Origin: a virus
Taxonomy: Duplodnaviria; Caudoviricetes
Strand: one strand, 5' to 3'
DNA length: 63,311 bases
Virus record (IMG/VR): IMGVR_UViG_3300037742_000095
Span: 1-63,311 of that record
Shown: positions 8,929 through 19,317 of the stretch, in pieces
How the letters are laid out: every line of letters starts with the position of its first letter
Numbering within the stretch: position 1 is the stretch's first letter
Notes under the pieces: model-generated
Told to the model about the DNA's origin: nothing
The model's input: only the letters and a program-made list of their open reading frames with translations
The model's database searches: none
Program-made: the position numbers and the translations under genes

Positions 8929-9467
8929 CGACTGAGGGCGTGAAGTACAGCGAGGTGGAAGCAGATCCGGGCGACGCAGAGGGCCGGGTCCTGGAGACTC
9001 TGGCCGAGGGGATGCCGTATGCATTCGTGGTCGCCACCAGCGTGGAGCCGTTAAATCTACGGGTGGCGAGCTGCCACGATACCGACACGGTTCGAGCCCT
9101 GCTCGGGCAGACACTGTGCGCACTACCGGGGGGTGCCTCCCAGGTCAGCGACGGCTACCACACGTTCGGCGAGCTGTACGACCATCGCCGCGCGCTGACC
9201 GCTGTGCTGGCCGCTGCGGCGGCTACTGAGGGAGATTCCTGGCGGAGCAAGCAGCACCACCCGGACGGCGACCCGATGTTCGACGGCTACTTTATCGTCG
9301 GCATCCAGCTCCCCACCGGGATCATCACTTACCACTACAAGCTGAAGTACTGGGATGACTTCGCAGCTGTGCCTGAAGTTGAGCATGCGCCTGAGTGGGA
9401 CGGCGCCACCCCGGCGGACACCGTGACCCGGTGCCTGGAGCTGGCCCGCATGGTTGCCGGACGCTGA
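8925..9467 (+). CDS. WDGH-type conserved phage protein
   Basis: SDGYHTFGELYDHR...LPTGIITYHY...APEWDGAT. Confidence 0.7.
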   Translation: MTTEGVKYSEVEADPGDAEGRVLETLAEGMPYAFVVATSVEPLNLRVASCHDTDTVRALLGQTLCALPGGASQVSDGYHTFGELYDHRRALTAVLAAAAATEGDSWRSKQHHPDGDPMFDGYFIVGIQLPTGIITYHYKLKYWDDFAAVPEVEHAPEWDGATPADTVTRCLELARMVAGR

Positions 9468-9469
9468 CC

Positions 9470-10123
9470 ATGCATGTGGACCCGACGGCCTCTATGCGCT
9501 GCTGGGCCATCACGCTGGAGATCGGGGGCCGGGAGTACGAGATCCCGGCCCTTCCGGCAGTGGACTGGTGGCCGGTACTGCTCAGTGGCGGGCCCGGCCA
9601 GGTCATTGGTCTTATCCCGTCAAAGCTCGGCGACCCGGACGACCTCGACGCCCAGTTGCTGGCCGGGGAAGTGGACGGCAAGGAGCTGGGGAGCGTTCTC
9701 ACGGAAGCCATCGAGGAGGCAACCGGCCGCTCGATGCACGTGGCCACAGTGCTCGCCATCATCGCTCATGACCGCTGGGACATCGTTGGCCCGGCCGTGG
9801 CTCAGACCGGGTTCCGCTGGGATCAGCAGCCGATCGGCGCCGCTCTCGACCTGATCTACGGGATCGTGCTGGCCGGGATGGACGAGGAGAACCGGACCAA
9901 GTTCCTTCAGCTTCTGGAGAATGAGTCGCTGACCCAGCCCGGTAAAAAGCGCCAGCCGACCGAACGGGTCATCAAGGAGTTCGAGGCGATGGCAGGGCCG
10001 CGTCCTGCTCCCCGCCCGCGGCCTGGGCGATCCAGCGCCGCGCCGTCCGATGGTGTACGCCCCAGAACTCCGAGACAGCCCCGGCAGCGCCGCCAGGTCG
10101 GCCGATCCGGCGAGCCCAGCTAG
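9470..10123 (+). CDS. Pre-tape-measure (chaperone-like) protein
   Basis: Synteny upstream of the tape measure gene. Confidence 0.5.
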   Translation: MHVDPTASMRCWAITLEIGGREYEIPALPAVDWWPVLLSGGPGQVIGLIPSKLGDPDDLDAQLLAGEVDGKELGSVLTEAIEEATGRSMHVATVLAIIAHDRWDIVGPAVAQTGFRWDQQPIGAALDLIYGIVLAGMDEENRTKFLQLLENESLTQPGKKRQPTERVIKEFEAMAGPRPAPRPRPGRSSAAPSDGVRPRTPRQPRQRRQVGRSGEPS

Positions 10124-10445
10124 CGACCAGACCGACGCGCCGGAAGTGGTCCCGGGGCCAACTACGGACGCCGTGAGGGCGTGGCTGGGCCAGCATGCGG
10201 TACTGGGTCTCACCCTCCCCTCGCAGCGCGCTAGCGGCCACGCTGGCGATCTGCCGTAGCGGCAGAGCCAGCAGCACAGTCCCGTTGACCGGATGCTCAT
10301 CGTCGCGCGCCCAGATCACCAGGCCCCGGATCTCGGGCCGCTCCGTGTTGCTGGTCAGGTAGACGTCTACCGTCCACGGAAAGGACGGATCGACCAACTG
10401 GACCATGTCCCCGGTGTTGGTCAGCTGGGCCGCTGTCACATCCAT
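9972..10445 (-). CDS. HTH DNA-binding protein (DUF6214-like)
   Basis: C-terminal AGAVSEFWGVHHRTARRWIAQA HTH; fills the otherwise empty 10124-10445 gap. Confidence 0.6.
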   Translation of the reverse strand: MDVTAAQLTNTGDMVQLVDPSFPWTVDVYLTSNTERPEIRGLVIWARDDEHPVNGTVLLALPLRQIASVAASALRGEGETQYRMLAQPRPHGVRSWPRDHFRRVGLVASWARRIGRPGGAAGAVSEFWGVHHRTARRWIAQAAGGEQDAALPSPRTP

Positions 10446-10518
10446 CCGGCCAGCCTAGCCGAGATGCCACCCTAGTTTGGATCGACGTGACAGCTTGCGG
10501 CCATCTAGGCTGGTCACC

Positions 10519-13239
10519 GTGGCAACAGATGTCGGTTCGGCCCGGGTAGAGGTCACTGGGGATGTCCGGAGTTTCGCGCGTCAGACTCAGCGCGACCTCA
10601 ACCGTGCCCTGGACGGCATCGACCTCGATCCGGTGGAGATCGAGGTAGACAGGGATGCCGCGCGCAAGGCCGGGAAAGAAGCCGGGGAGGTACTGGGCGA
10701 CTCGGCCGGAGAGACGGCAGGCCGGGCAGCGGGCCGGGCGTTCAGCCCGGCGATCCGCAAGAACACCGACGAGAGCGGCATTCGCCGGTTCATCGCCGGT
10801 CTGTTCGGCCGAACCGGCACCGACTCGGCCACCATCTTTGCCAACGCACTCGCAGGCGGCCTGGCGTCATTGCCCAAGCTTCTTACCCCCGTACTGATTA
10901 CAGCAGGGCTTGGCATCGTGGCGGGCCTGGCAGCTGTCATCGGCCCGGCTCTGGGCGCGCTGATCGCTTCCGGCGTGCTGCTGGGCGCCGGGGCAGGGCT
11001 GATAGGTCTGTCCGCCGTACTGCTGAAAGAGGAGCCTGCCCTCCAGAGCGCGGCCAAACAGCTGACCCAGACCATGGCGGACGAGTTCCGGGCCGCCGCC
11101 CAGCCGATGCTTCAGCCACTGGTCGAGTCACTGGGTGTGTTCCGCCAGTTGGTGCTCGATATCGCGCCAGAGCTCAAGGGCGCTTTCGCCGACCTCGCGC
11201 CAGCTATCGAGCCATTCGCCCGAGGGCTGGCCGACCTGGTCCGCAACACGCTGCCCGGGTTCCGGGACCTGATCCGGGCAGCTAATCCGTTCCTGCGCGG
11301 TCTGGCGTCGGTCCTCCCCGGACTCGGCGACGATATCGGCCGGTTCTTCTCGATCATCGCGGATGCTGGTCCTGAGGCCACGATTTTCTTCCAGGACTTC
11401 ATCCGGGGCCTGGGCAACACCATTGTCAAACTCGGTGAATTCATAGCGTGGCTCACCCGGACCTATGTCCGGGTGAAGGAATTCATCTCTGGGTTCGAAT
11501 CCTGGGGAGAGGTATTCGACTTTGCTGTTGACGGCATTCAGAACCTGATCAGCCAGGGCCTGGCTTATCTGGCCAATAACCTCCCCCGGATCATCGAGAG
11601 TATCGTTGCCTTCCGTGAGCAGGTCACCGATGCCGTGCTCCGGATGGTCAGCGGCTTGGCCGAGGCCCTGCCGACTCTCGTCCCCCAGATCATCAGTGGT
11701 GTGGTCCAGCTGGTCACCCGGCTGGTGGAGGCACTGGTAGCAGCTGCTCCTCGGATCGTCGAGGCGGCCGGGCAGTTGATCAACGGTCTGGCCGACGGCA
11801 TCGTGAACGCTCTCCCGACGCTGATCCCAGCGGTCGTGCAGATCGCTACCACCCTGGTCGTTGGCCTGATCGGTTTGATCCCGGTGATCATTCAGGCAGG
11901 GCTACGCCTGATTGAAGGCCTGGTCAGCGGCATCCTCCAGGCGATGCCTCAGGTCGCAACGGCGATCATTCAGGCCATCCCCCAGATCATCGGGGCGATC
12001 AATGAGGCCGGACCTCAGCTGTTGCTGCTCGGTGTCAACATCATCGTGGCGATTATCAACGGGATCAGTCAGGCCATGCCGCAGGTCGTGGCCGCGATTC
12101 GTGACCAGGTCATTCCTGCTCTGATCAGCACGCTGGAAACCCAGGGCCCCATCATTCTCGAACAGGGGATGAAAGCCATGGAATCTCTGGTGCAGGGGAT
12201 GGCTGAGAACATCCCGGTGATTTTGAACTTCATCACCGGAACCTTGATCCCGCAATTGATAGCTCTTTTCCAGAACAGCCCGCAGATCATCACCTCCGGC
12301 GTCAACATCGTTGTCTCGCTGGTCCAGGGAATGGCGGACAATGCCAGCCAGATGATCAACGTTGTTTCTACGGTGCTCATTCCGGCCGTGGTGGAAGCGA
12401 TTGTGGCCAACGCGCCGCAGCTGATCCGTGCTGCTGGGATCCTGATCCTGGCACTGGCCGCCGGGTTCATCCAGAACATCCCGGGTATCAGTTTGGCGAT
12501 CCTGAAGATCAACGTTGCTATCCTCTCTGGCATCCAACAGGTAGCCGGTTCACTGGTCGCAGCTGCCGCCCGGCTGATCCTCGGGTTCGCAACCTCGCTG
12601 GTGACCACCGGTATCCCGGCAGTTCGTGGTGCCATCAACTCGGTACGCGGTGCGATCAACCAGGCAGTGGGCAGTGCAGCTAGCTGGCTCACGGAGCCCG
12701 GTCGCCGGGTGATCAACGGACTGGCCAACGGCATGCGCGCAGCGGTCGGTCTTGTCCGCTCGGCGGTCAGTGCCGCCCGGTCGGCCATCACCGGCGCGTT
12801 CAGCGGCGCTGGCGGCTGGCTGATCGACGCGGGGCGCCGGATCATCAGCGGCCTGATCTCCGGCATCCAGGCCGGGTTCTCCCGGGTGCGCGGCCTGCTC
12901 TCCTCGCTGACCTCGATGCTCCCCGACTGGAAGGGCCCGGCCGACGTCGACGAGCGCATCCTGCGCGAGTCCGGCCGCCTGGTGATGCGCGGATTCGAGG
13001 CAGGTCTGACTGATCAATTCGACAGTGTCCGCCGGACGCTCAGCGGGCTCACCGGTAACCTGCCGACCTTCACCGCACCGCCTGGTTCTGCCGGGACGCC
13101 CCGTGGAGGGGACGGGGCGTCCACGGTAATCAATGTGACCTTGCAGCCGGGTGCCATCCAGGTCACCGGTCAGGGCGCGGAGGCCGGGGAACAAGCGGCT
13201 GAAGCCTTGCTCCAGGCGCTGGCCAACGCGCAGGACTAG
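10519..13239 (+). CDS. Tape measure protein
   Basis: ~900 aa, Ala/Gly/Ile-rich with Pro-spaced helical repeats; C-terminal LPDWKGP motif. Confidence 0.9.
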   Translation: MATDVGSARVEVTGDVRSFARQTQRDLNRALDGIDLDPVEIEVDRDAARKAGKEAGEVLGDSAGETAGRAAGRAFSPAIRKNTDESGIRRFIAGLFGRTGTDSATIFANALAGGLASLPKLLTPVLITAGLGIVAGLAAVIGPALGALIASGVLLGAGAGLIGLSAVLLKEEPALQSAAKQLTQTMADEFRAAAQPMLQPLVESLGVFRQLVLDIAPELKGAFADLAPAIEPFARGLADLVRNTLPGFRDLIRAANPFLRGLASVLPGLGDDIGRFFSIIADAGPEATIFFQDFIRGLGNTIVKLGEFIAWLTRTYVRVKEFISGFESWGEVFDFAVDGIQNLISQGLAYLANNLPRIIESIVAFREQVTDAVLRMVSGLAEALPTLVPQIISGVVQLVTRLVEALVAAAPRIVEAAGQLINGLADGIVNALPTLIPAVVQIATTLVVGLIGLIPVIIQAGLRLIEGLVSGILQAMPQVATAIIQAIPQIIGAINEAGPQLLLLGVNIIVAIINGISQAMPQVVAAIRDQVIPALISTLETQGPIILEQGMKAMESLVQGMAENIPVILNFITGTLIPQLIALFQNSPQIITSGVNIVVSLVQGMADNASQMINVVSTVLIPAVVEAIVANAPQLIRAAGILILALAAGFIQNIPGISLAILKINVAILSGIQQVAGSLVAAAARLILGFATSLVTTGIPAVRGAINSVRGAINQAVGSAASWLTEPGRRVINGLANGMRAAVGLVRSAVSAARSAITGAFSGAGGWLIDAGRRIISGLISGIQAGFSRVRGLLSSLTSMLPDWKGPADVDERILRESGRLVMRGFEAGLTDQFDSVRRTLSGLTGNLPTFTAPPGSAGTPRGGDGASTVINVTLQPGAIQVTGQGAEAGEQAAEALLQALANAQD

Positions 13240-13250
13240 GGGAGTCGATC

Positions 13251-15395
13251 ATGGGAACGATCACCACGCTGCGACCGTCGGCCACTTCATCGGGAGTCGG
13301 CTGGACCCCGAGTAGCGGAACCCTGCACGGGGTCACCTCGGACAACAACGACAGCACCTATGCCACCTGGGGTGGCTCCGGCTCCGCGCTGATCCTTGCC
13401 ACCCCGCTGGACAGCCCGCCAGCGGGGGAGATGCGGCACCAGATCCGGCTCCGCATGCGCGGTGAGGACGGTAACGCCTGGGGCGCGGTCCGGCTGGCCA
13501 GTGGCGCCCTGGCGGCTGGAGCCGCTGCCCAGTTCGCTTCCTCCCCGGAGACGGTGACCGGAGCCTGGGGGTTCGGCGCACCCGCGGACGGATCAACGAT
13601 CCTGTCGACGTACGTGACCGGGCAGTCCACCGGTGTGCGGCTTCAGGAGCTGTACATCGACGTGGACTCCCGGCTGGCACCGACCTTCACCGGCCAGGTG
13701 ATCGATGGTTCCGGCGCTGTGACCACCACAGTCAGCGACACCAGCCAGCCGATCCTGCGGGCCAACGCGATCGACCTGGATGATCTTGCAGCCCGGCAGT
13801 TCCGCTACTGGGTGACCCTGGACGGGTCGATCATCTGGGACACCGGTGTCGTCTCCGGCCCGAGTGCGGACCAGCAGACCACTCCCCTGGACAATGGCTC
13901 TTATACCGCTCACTACCAGGTGTGGAGCACGGTAGGCAGCAACACGGCGTACGCCAGCGACGAAGAGACGCTGGACTTCACCGTTGCGGTGGACGCGATC
14001 GTGGCGCCGGACCCGCCGACCGTCACCCAGGTTCCCGACTCGCCCCTGGTCGAGATCGAGGTGTGTGCACCGGACACGACCGGGTTCGACGGCAATATGG
14101 CCTTCATCGAGATCCAGCGGGTGGACTGCCCGATGGGCGGCTACCTGGTCAACACGCGCGAGGGTGACGGTTACGCGTCAACTCCCTCGGGAGGTGCACC
14201 CACCGACCTCCAGGTAACGGTCAAGGCCGGGCGTGATGACGACTGGTTCCCGGCGGCCGGGACGTACGAGACGCTGGCTGCCAACTGGAACCAGGACGCT
14301 GGAGAACGAGGGTGGCACCTGGTCCTGCCGCAGGAAGGACAGGTGGCGCTGACCTGGAGCCCGGACGGAACCAGCACGGTAGGTGTGCAAGCCACAGAAA
14401 GAGTGCAGCCTGATCCGTTCGGTGTCGTCTGGATCCGGGCTCTGCTTGATACCGACGACGGTGCCGGGGGCTGGACGGTCACCTTCTACACCCGGGAATC
14501 GGACGACGGTACCTGGACCCAGCTGGGGGAGGTGATCGACAACGACGGGGCCGGGACCACGGCGATATTCAATTCCCCCGAGGCTTATACCGTCGGCGCC
14601 TATCTGGATACGGCGCTGGTGGTTGAGCAGTTCGCGGGCCGGTTCTACGAGGTCGAGATCCGTGATGGTGCGGCTGGTGCTGTTCTGGCCAGCCCGGACT
14701 TTACCGGGCACCCGGCCGGGACATTGTCCTTCAGCGACGACCAGGCCAACACCTGGACCGTGCATCCCCCGGCCCAGATCACTTCGGACCAGGTCATCAC
14801 GCCGATCACGATGATCGGCCCGATCGCGGCCGACGTCTGCGTGACGCACTCGGACTACTTCCTGCCCCGGACCGGGGTGGGTGCCAGCTGCACGCACGAG
14901 CCGGAGCCGTGCTGTTCCTACTACCGGATCAGAACGCTGGCCCGGGTGGACGGCTCGCTCCAGGTCAGCGCCTGGGTCGAGGACGCCCAGCTGTTCTGCC
15001 TGACCTGGACCGACGAGGAGCACCTGCTGCGGAGCCGGGACGCCGACGGCCCGTTGTGGATGTCGATCGGCGGGGTCTTCAGCTGGGATCGGGACCGGCC
15101 GTTCACCAGCGCCACAGGCGTGATGGGAGGGCGGTATGTGACCAGCGCTCCGCCCGGTGGCCGGAACCTGAAGCTGACTACGGCAGTCGAATCGGAAGCT
15201 GCGCTGGCCCAGCTCCAGGAGATCCTCAACCGGCCGCTGGTGCTCGCCTCCCCGAGTGACTCGGACGAGGTCTGGGTGGCGCCGGTCGCGCACTCGTTCC
15301 GGGTGATCAAGGTCGGCCGGGTGCGTCAGGTAGTGGCCGAGTTCATCGGCACCGGCCCGGAGCCGCCACCACAGTCCGCCGATCTGCGAGTATGA
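13251..15395 (+). CDS. Minor tail protein with inserted LamG-like beta domain
   Basis: Follows TMP; beta-rich; paralogous scaffold to the next gene. Confidence 0.75.
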   Translation: MGTITTLRPSATSSGVGWTPSSGTLHGVTSDNNDSTYATWGGSGSALILATPLDSPPAGEMRHQIRLRMRGEDGNAWGAVRLASGALAAGAAAQFASSPETVTGAWGFGAPADGSTILSTYVTGQSTGVRLQELYIDVDSRLAPTFTGQVIDGSGAVTTTVSDTSQPILRANAIDLDDLAARQFRYWVTLDGSIIWDTGVVSGPSADQQTTPLDNGSYTAHYQVWSTVGSNTAYASDEETLDFTVAVDAIVAPDPPTVTQVPDSPLVEIEVCAPDTTGFDGNMAFIEIQRVDCPMGGYLVNTREGDGYASTPSGGAPTDLQVTVKAGRDDDWFPAAGTYETLAANWNQDAGERGWHLVLPQEGQVALTWSPDGTSTVGVQATERVQPDPFGVVWIRALLDTDDGAGGWTVTFYTRESDDGTWTQLGEVIDNDGAGTTAIFNSPEAYTVGAYLDTALVVEQFAGRFYEVEIRDGAAGAVLASPDFTGHPAGTLSFSDDQANTWTVHPPAQITSDQVITPITMIGPIAADVCVTHSDYFLPRTGVGASCTHEPEPCCSYYRIRTLARVDGSLQVSAWVEDAQLFCLTWTDEEHLLRSRDADGPLWMSIGGVFSWDRDRPFTSATGVMGGRYVTSAPPGGRNLKLTTAVESEAALAQLQEILNRPLVLASPSDSDEVWVAPVAHSFRVIKVGRVRQVVAEFIGTGPEPPPQSADLRV

Positions 15396-15427
15396 GGTGT
15401 CACCGTGATCTGGAATGAGGGGGCACC

Positions 15428-18244
15428 ATGTCGGTAACCGATGTCCTGCGACCGGTATCGGTCCGCAAGGCTGGTGGGGGGACCTCAGTCCCTTCAGGGA
15501 CGCTGGCCGCTGTGACCTCGGACAACTCCGACGCCACGTACATCGACCTGAACCTGGTCGACACCGGTAACAACTGGAACCTGCGAGTCGGGTCACACAC
15601 TCCAGGTGCTGGATACCAGCGGCACGCCATCCGGGGCCGGGTTCGTATCCGGACCGATGCCGGTACGGCCGTGGAGGATATCGACCTCGGCCGGGGCACC
15701 AGCGATTACATCGAATATGACACTGTCAGTGTCACCAGCACGCTGACCGACCTGGCCACGGCCTGGTATTCGACACCTGACTACGGTCTGGCAACCGCCG
15801 GGGCCCTTGCCGACCTGAACATCGGTGGCGGCTGGATGGCCGAGGCCAGCGGAGCAGCCGAACTGCGCACCGCTGAGTGCTACGTCGACATTGATTGCCG
15901 TCTCTCCCCCCAGTACAGCCCGGAGCTGCGCGACGCGTCCGGCACGGACCAGACCGGCGGCACGGTCACTGACACCAATCAGCCGACGATCTTCATCGGT
16001 GCGGTGGACTACGACGGTCTGCCGTCGCTGAGCTGGGCGGCCGAGATCCGGGCTGGATCGTCGGCCGGAGCGGTCGTGTTCTCGGCCTCAGGCTCCGGGA
16101 TCCCGCCGACCCAGGTAGCGGTCACCGACGGCTTGGATGACGGCACTTACGCGGCCGTGGTGACGGTTCGGTCCACCATCCGGGGCTCGGACCCGTACAC
16201 CAGCGAAGAGGTCATGGACTTCACGCTGGAGAACACCGTGCCGCCGCCCTCGCCCCCGCTGCTGGAGGTGACCGGGGAATTCGGCGGATACCGGGTCACC
16301 TGGACCAACCCAGGCGGGCAGGAGTGGGACAACGATTACGTGGTTGCCGAAGTCTGGCGCGATGATTGCACCGGCAGCCAGCGCATCGCCACCGTGCCCG
16401 ATGGGCTCAACGGCTCGTATCTCGACCTGGCCATCCCGCAGCTTGATCCGCAGCGCAGCGGGGTTGACTGTGAAGTGTCAACCGAGGCGTGCGACATCAC
16501 CTACCGGGTGCGCTACCTCGGGTACGTGTCCACCACGGTCGAGCTGCCGGACACCATCCCGGCCGACCTGATCCTCGGCTGGCCGAGCACGGCCGCCAGT
16601 ATCCCGAGCGGCTGGAGCCGGGTTACCTCGCTGGACGGGTTCTTCCCCCGGGGAGCGAACACTGAGGCTGCGCCGAGCGCTACGGGCGGCGCCGCTACCC
16701 ACGAGCACACGACCCCGGGTCACTCGCACTGGATCGAGGCGCACAGTCACGGCGTTGGGGGCAGCACCGGCACCAGCAACAGTTCAACCACCAGTGCGCG
16801 ATTCAACGGCGCCAGCCAGCCACAGGCTGATCAACCGCACTCGCACTCGTTGCCGTCGAGCACCGGGTCGGTTGGGGGCGGCAGCTCAACCACCACAGCG
16901 CCGGACACCAGCAGCACGAGCAACGCGCCGCTGGCGCTGGACGTGATCTGGATCGAATCGAACGGCGCCCAGCCGACCTACCCGGTCGGTATCGTCGGCT
17001 GGGCCACCGAGAGCGTGTCCGGCTGGGAGACGTACGCCAGCGCCGTAGGCCGGTACCTGAAGGGTGCGGCAGCAGCCGGGAACGGCGGTGCCACCTCGGG
17101 CGCCAGTACGCACACGCATAGCGTGGATGCACACACCCACAACGGGTTCAGCCACGACCACGGGATCAGCAACACCGGGTTGAGCAACCCGTCCAGCTCG
17201 CAGGAGGCGGGCACCGGCTCGCAGACTCCACGCTGGCTGCCCCGGCACACCCACCCCCTGAACGCGGCCAGCAACTCCACCGGCAACAGCAACTCGGTCT
17301 CGGGGGGAAGCACCGGCAGCGGCAGCCTGGAACCGCCGCACCGCCGTCTCAGGGTGCTGCGCAACACCGGCGGTGGAACTCAGACCCGGATCATCGGCCT
17401 CTACACCGGCGCCGTTGCGGACCTTGATCCGCTGCTGACCTTGTGCAACGGGAGCAACGGCACGCCGGACATGCGGACCTGGTTCGCCCGTGACGCCGGG
17501 TCGGACTCGATCAACTCCACCGGCGGCTCCAGCACGCACACCCACACGACCGGCAGCCACACCCACGACCTCGGCAACCACAGCCACGCGATCGACGTGC
17601 TGGCCTCCACTACCAGCTCGTATGAAGCGCCCTCGTCCGGCGACCTGGGCAGCTCTCCTACCACCACCCACGACCACACGGCGCCGAACTCCGATTCGGC
17701 CTCCCCGACGATCCAGAGCAACAGCTCCGGGACCACGGGCAGCGGCAACCACCTGCCGCCCTACAAGGAGGTCCATTTCGTCCGGCTGGACGGCACGATC
17801 TCCGGCGGCCCGTTGCCGGTGCCCGAGCTGAAGGTCTCGGACTATGCGGAGACCACGGTTCCGGCTTTCACCTATGACGACGGGCTGGACCGGCTGGCCA
17901 GCCTGACTATGAAGCTGGCTGTGGCGACTGACCGCAATCACAGCTTCCCCAAGCTGGTGGCCGACTCCGTGCCGCTGGATGGCGGCCTGCACACGGTGAG
18001 CAGCACGACCGCTGGGGAGGATGTCACGCTGGTCATCGCGGCTGAGGGCCTGCCCGCGATCAACGCGCTGGAGGATCTGCTGGCGAGCGACCGGATCTAC
18101 TGGTCGCCGGTCGGCGGCACGCCCGGCTGGTTCGCGCCGGGCAGCTGGACGGTGGCCGCGCCGGTGCCGGGCGTCAAGGTCGTCACTGTGCCGATGGTCC
18201 GGCAGGACTGGCCCGCGACCGACGATCCGGAGGACTACCTCTAA
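15428..18244 (+). CDS. Minor tail / tail fibre protein with His-x-His repeats
   Basis: Three collar-like modules (IPSGW..., LCNGSNGTPDMR) each followed by HxH clusters. Confidence 0.8.
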   Translation: MSVTDVLRPVSVRKAGGGTSVPSGTLAAVTSDNSDATYIDLNLVDTGNNWNLRVGSHTPGAGYQRHAIRGRVRIRTDAGTAVEDIDLGRGTSDYIEYDTVSVTSTLTDLATAWYSTPDYGLATAGALADLNIGGGWMAEASGAAELRTAECYVDIDCRLSPQYSPELRDASGTDQTGGTVTDTNQPTIFIGAVDYDGLPSLSWAAEIRAGSSAGAVVFSASGSGIPPTQVAVTDGLDDGTYAAVVTVRSTIRGSDPYTSEEVMDFTLENTVPPPSPPLLEVTGEFGGYRVTWTNPGGQEWDNDYVVAEVWRDDCTGSQRIATVPDGLNGSYLDLAIPQLDPQRSGVDCEVSTEACDITYRVRYLGYVSTTVELPDTIPADLILGWPSTAASIPSGWSRVTSLDGFFPRGANTEAAPSATGGAATHEHTTPGHSHWIEAHSHGVGGSTGTSNSSTTSARFNGASQPQADQPHSHSLPSSTGSVGGGSSTTTAPDTSSTSNAPLALDVIWIESNGAQPTYPVGIVGWATESVSGWETYASAVGRYLKGAAAAGNGGATSGASTHTHSVDAHTHNGFSHDHGISNTGLSNPSSSQEAGTGSQTPRWLPRHTHPLNAASNSTGNSNSVSGGSTGSGSLEPPHRRLRVLRNTGGGTQTRIIGLYTGAVADLDPLLTLCNGSNGTPDMRTWFARDAGSDSINSTGGSSTHTHTTGSHTHDLGNHSHAIDVLASTTSSYEAPSSGDLGSSPTTTHDHTAPNSDSASPTIQSNSSGTTGSGNHLPPYKEVHFVRLDGTISGGPLPVPELKVSDYAETTVPAFTYDDGLDRLASLTMKLAVATDRNHSFPKLVADSVPLDGGLHTVSSTTAGEDVTLVIAAEGLPAINALEDLLASDRIYWSPVGGTPGWFAPGSWTVAAPVPGVKVVTVPMVRQDWPATDDPEDYL

Positions 18245-19317
18245 TGCCCAATCCATTCGGCAGTGTCCGCCACCAAGCGGTGCTGTCTACCCCCACGGGG
18301 TATCGGCGCTGGATGCGTTTCACCTTCATCCGTGAGGGTGAGTCGGTCGAGCTGGAGCCGATCAGCGGTCAGCTGACTCAGGACATCCGGCGCAACGGGA
18401 TGTGGGACGGACGCTTGACGTTCGCCGGTGACGACCTGCTGCCGACCCGGCCGGGTGACCTGCTGACCCCGTTCGGCACCCGGGTCGAAGTAGAACTGGG
18501 CCTGGAGATTCTGGAGGGCTCGGTTGCCACCGTTCCTTACGGCGTCTACGAGGTGGCGTCTGCCCGGACTGCTGTGCAAGCTGACCGGCGGGTGGTCGAA
18601 GTCGGCCTGGCCGACCTGTCCGGTGCGGTCGAGCGGTACCGGTTCGAAACGCCTTTCACCGTAGCCAGTGGTACGACGCTGCCGGACATGATCAACGCGA
18701 TCGTGATCAACCGGCTGGGGGTCAATCCGGGCGTACCGGTGGACGCTACCGCCCTGGGCTCGGCCCGGACGTTCGGCTTGGATCCGGAGACTGGGCCGTG
18801 GTCGGAGATTCAGGATGTGCTGGCGTCCTTCAGCCGTAAGGCGTACTACAACCGGGTCGGTAATATCAATCTGGCCAGCACGAACACCGATCCGGACTCG
18901 GCCTACACGCTGTCGTCGCTGGCCTCGCTGTCGGCCGACTTTGACACCAGGCCGCCCAATGTCATCGTGGTCCGGGGTGAACCGCAGGACGGTACGGCGC
19001 CGGTCCAAGCGGTGGCAATGGACACCGACCCCTCCTCCCCGACGTACGCCGGTCCGGCTCCGGGCACCAGCCCGTACGGGAGGGTGACGATGTTCTACGC
19101 GTCACCGCTGCTGCGGACGGTGCCGCAGGCCCAGGCTGCCGCCAACACGCTGCTGGCTGCCAACGTCGGCGCCGGTGCGACATACGAGCTGACCATGCCG
19201 TATGACCCGACGGTGAACGCTGGTGATGTCATCAGCCTGGGCGGTGCGGTGCTGGCGGTGGACGCGGCCACGGTCAACCTGACCGGTGACACATCCCTCC
19301 AGGTCCGGGAGCTGTAA
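18244..19317 (+). CDS. Minor tail protein (DUF5047-like)
   Basis: LTPFGTRV, DTDPSSPTY, PYGRV..FYASPLL motifs. Confidence 0.75.
   Translation: MPNPFGSVRHQAVLSTPTGYRRWMRFTFIREGESVELEPISGQLTQDIRRNGMWDGRLTFAGDDLLPTRPGDLLTPFGTRVEVELGLEILEGSVATVPYGVYEVASARTAVQADRRVVEVGLADLSGAVERYRFETPFTVASGTTLPDMINAIVINRLGVNPGVPVDATALGSARTFGLDPETGPWSEIQDVLASFSRKAYYNRVGNINLASTNTDPDSAYTLSSLASLSADFDTRPPNVIVVRGEPQDGTAPVQAVAMDTDPSSPTYAGPAPGTSPYGRVTMFYASPLLRTVPQAQAAANTLLAANVGAGATYELTMPYDPTVNAGDVISLGGAVLAVDAATVNLTGDTSLQVREL

Noticed and set aside
8093-10123. Programmed tail-chaperone frameshift
   Set aside because: No convincing slippery site was seen, and the candidate chaperone genes are separated by two other genes
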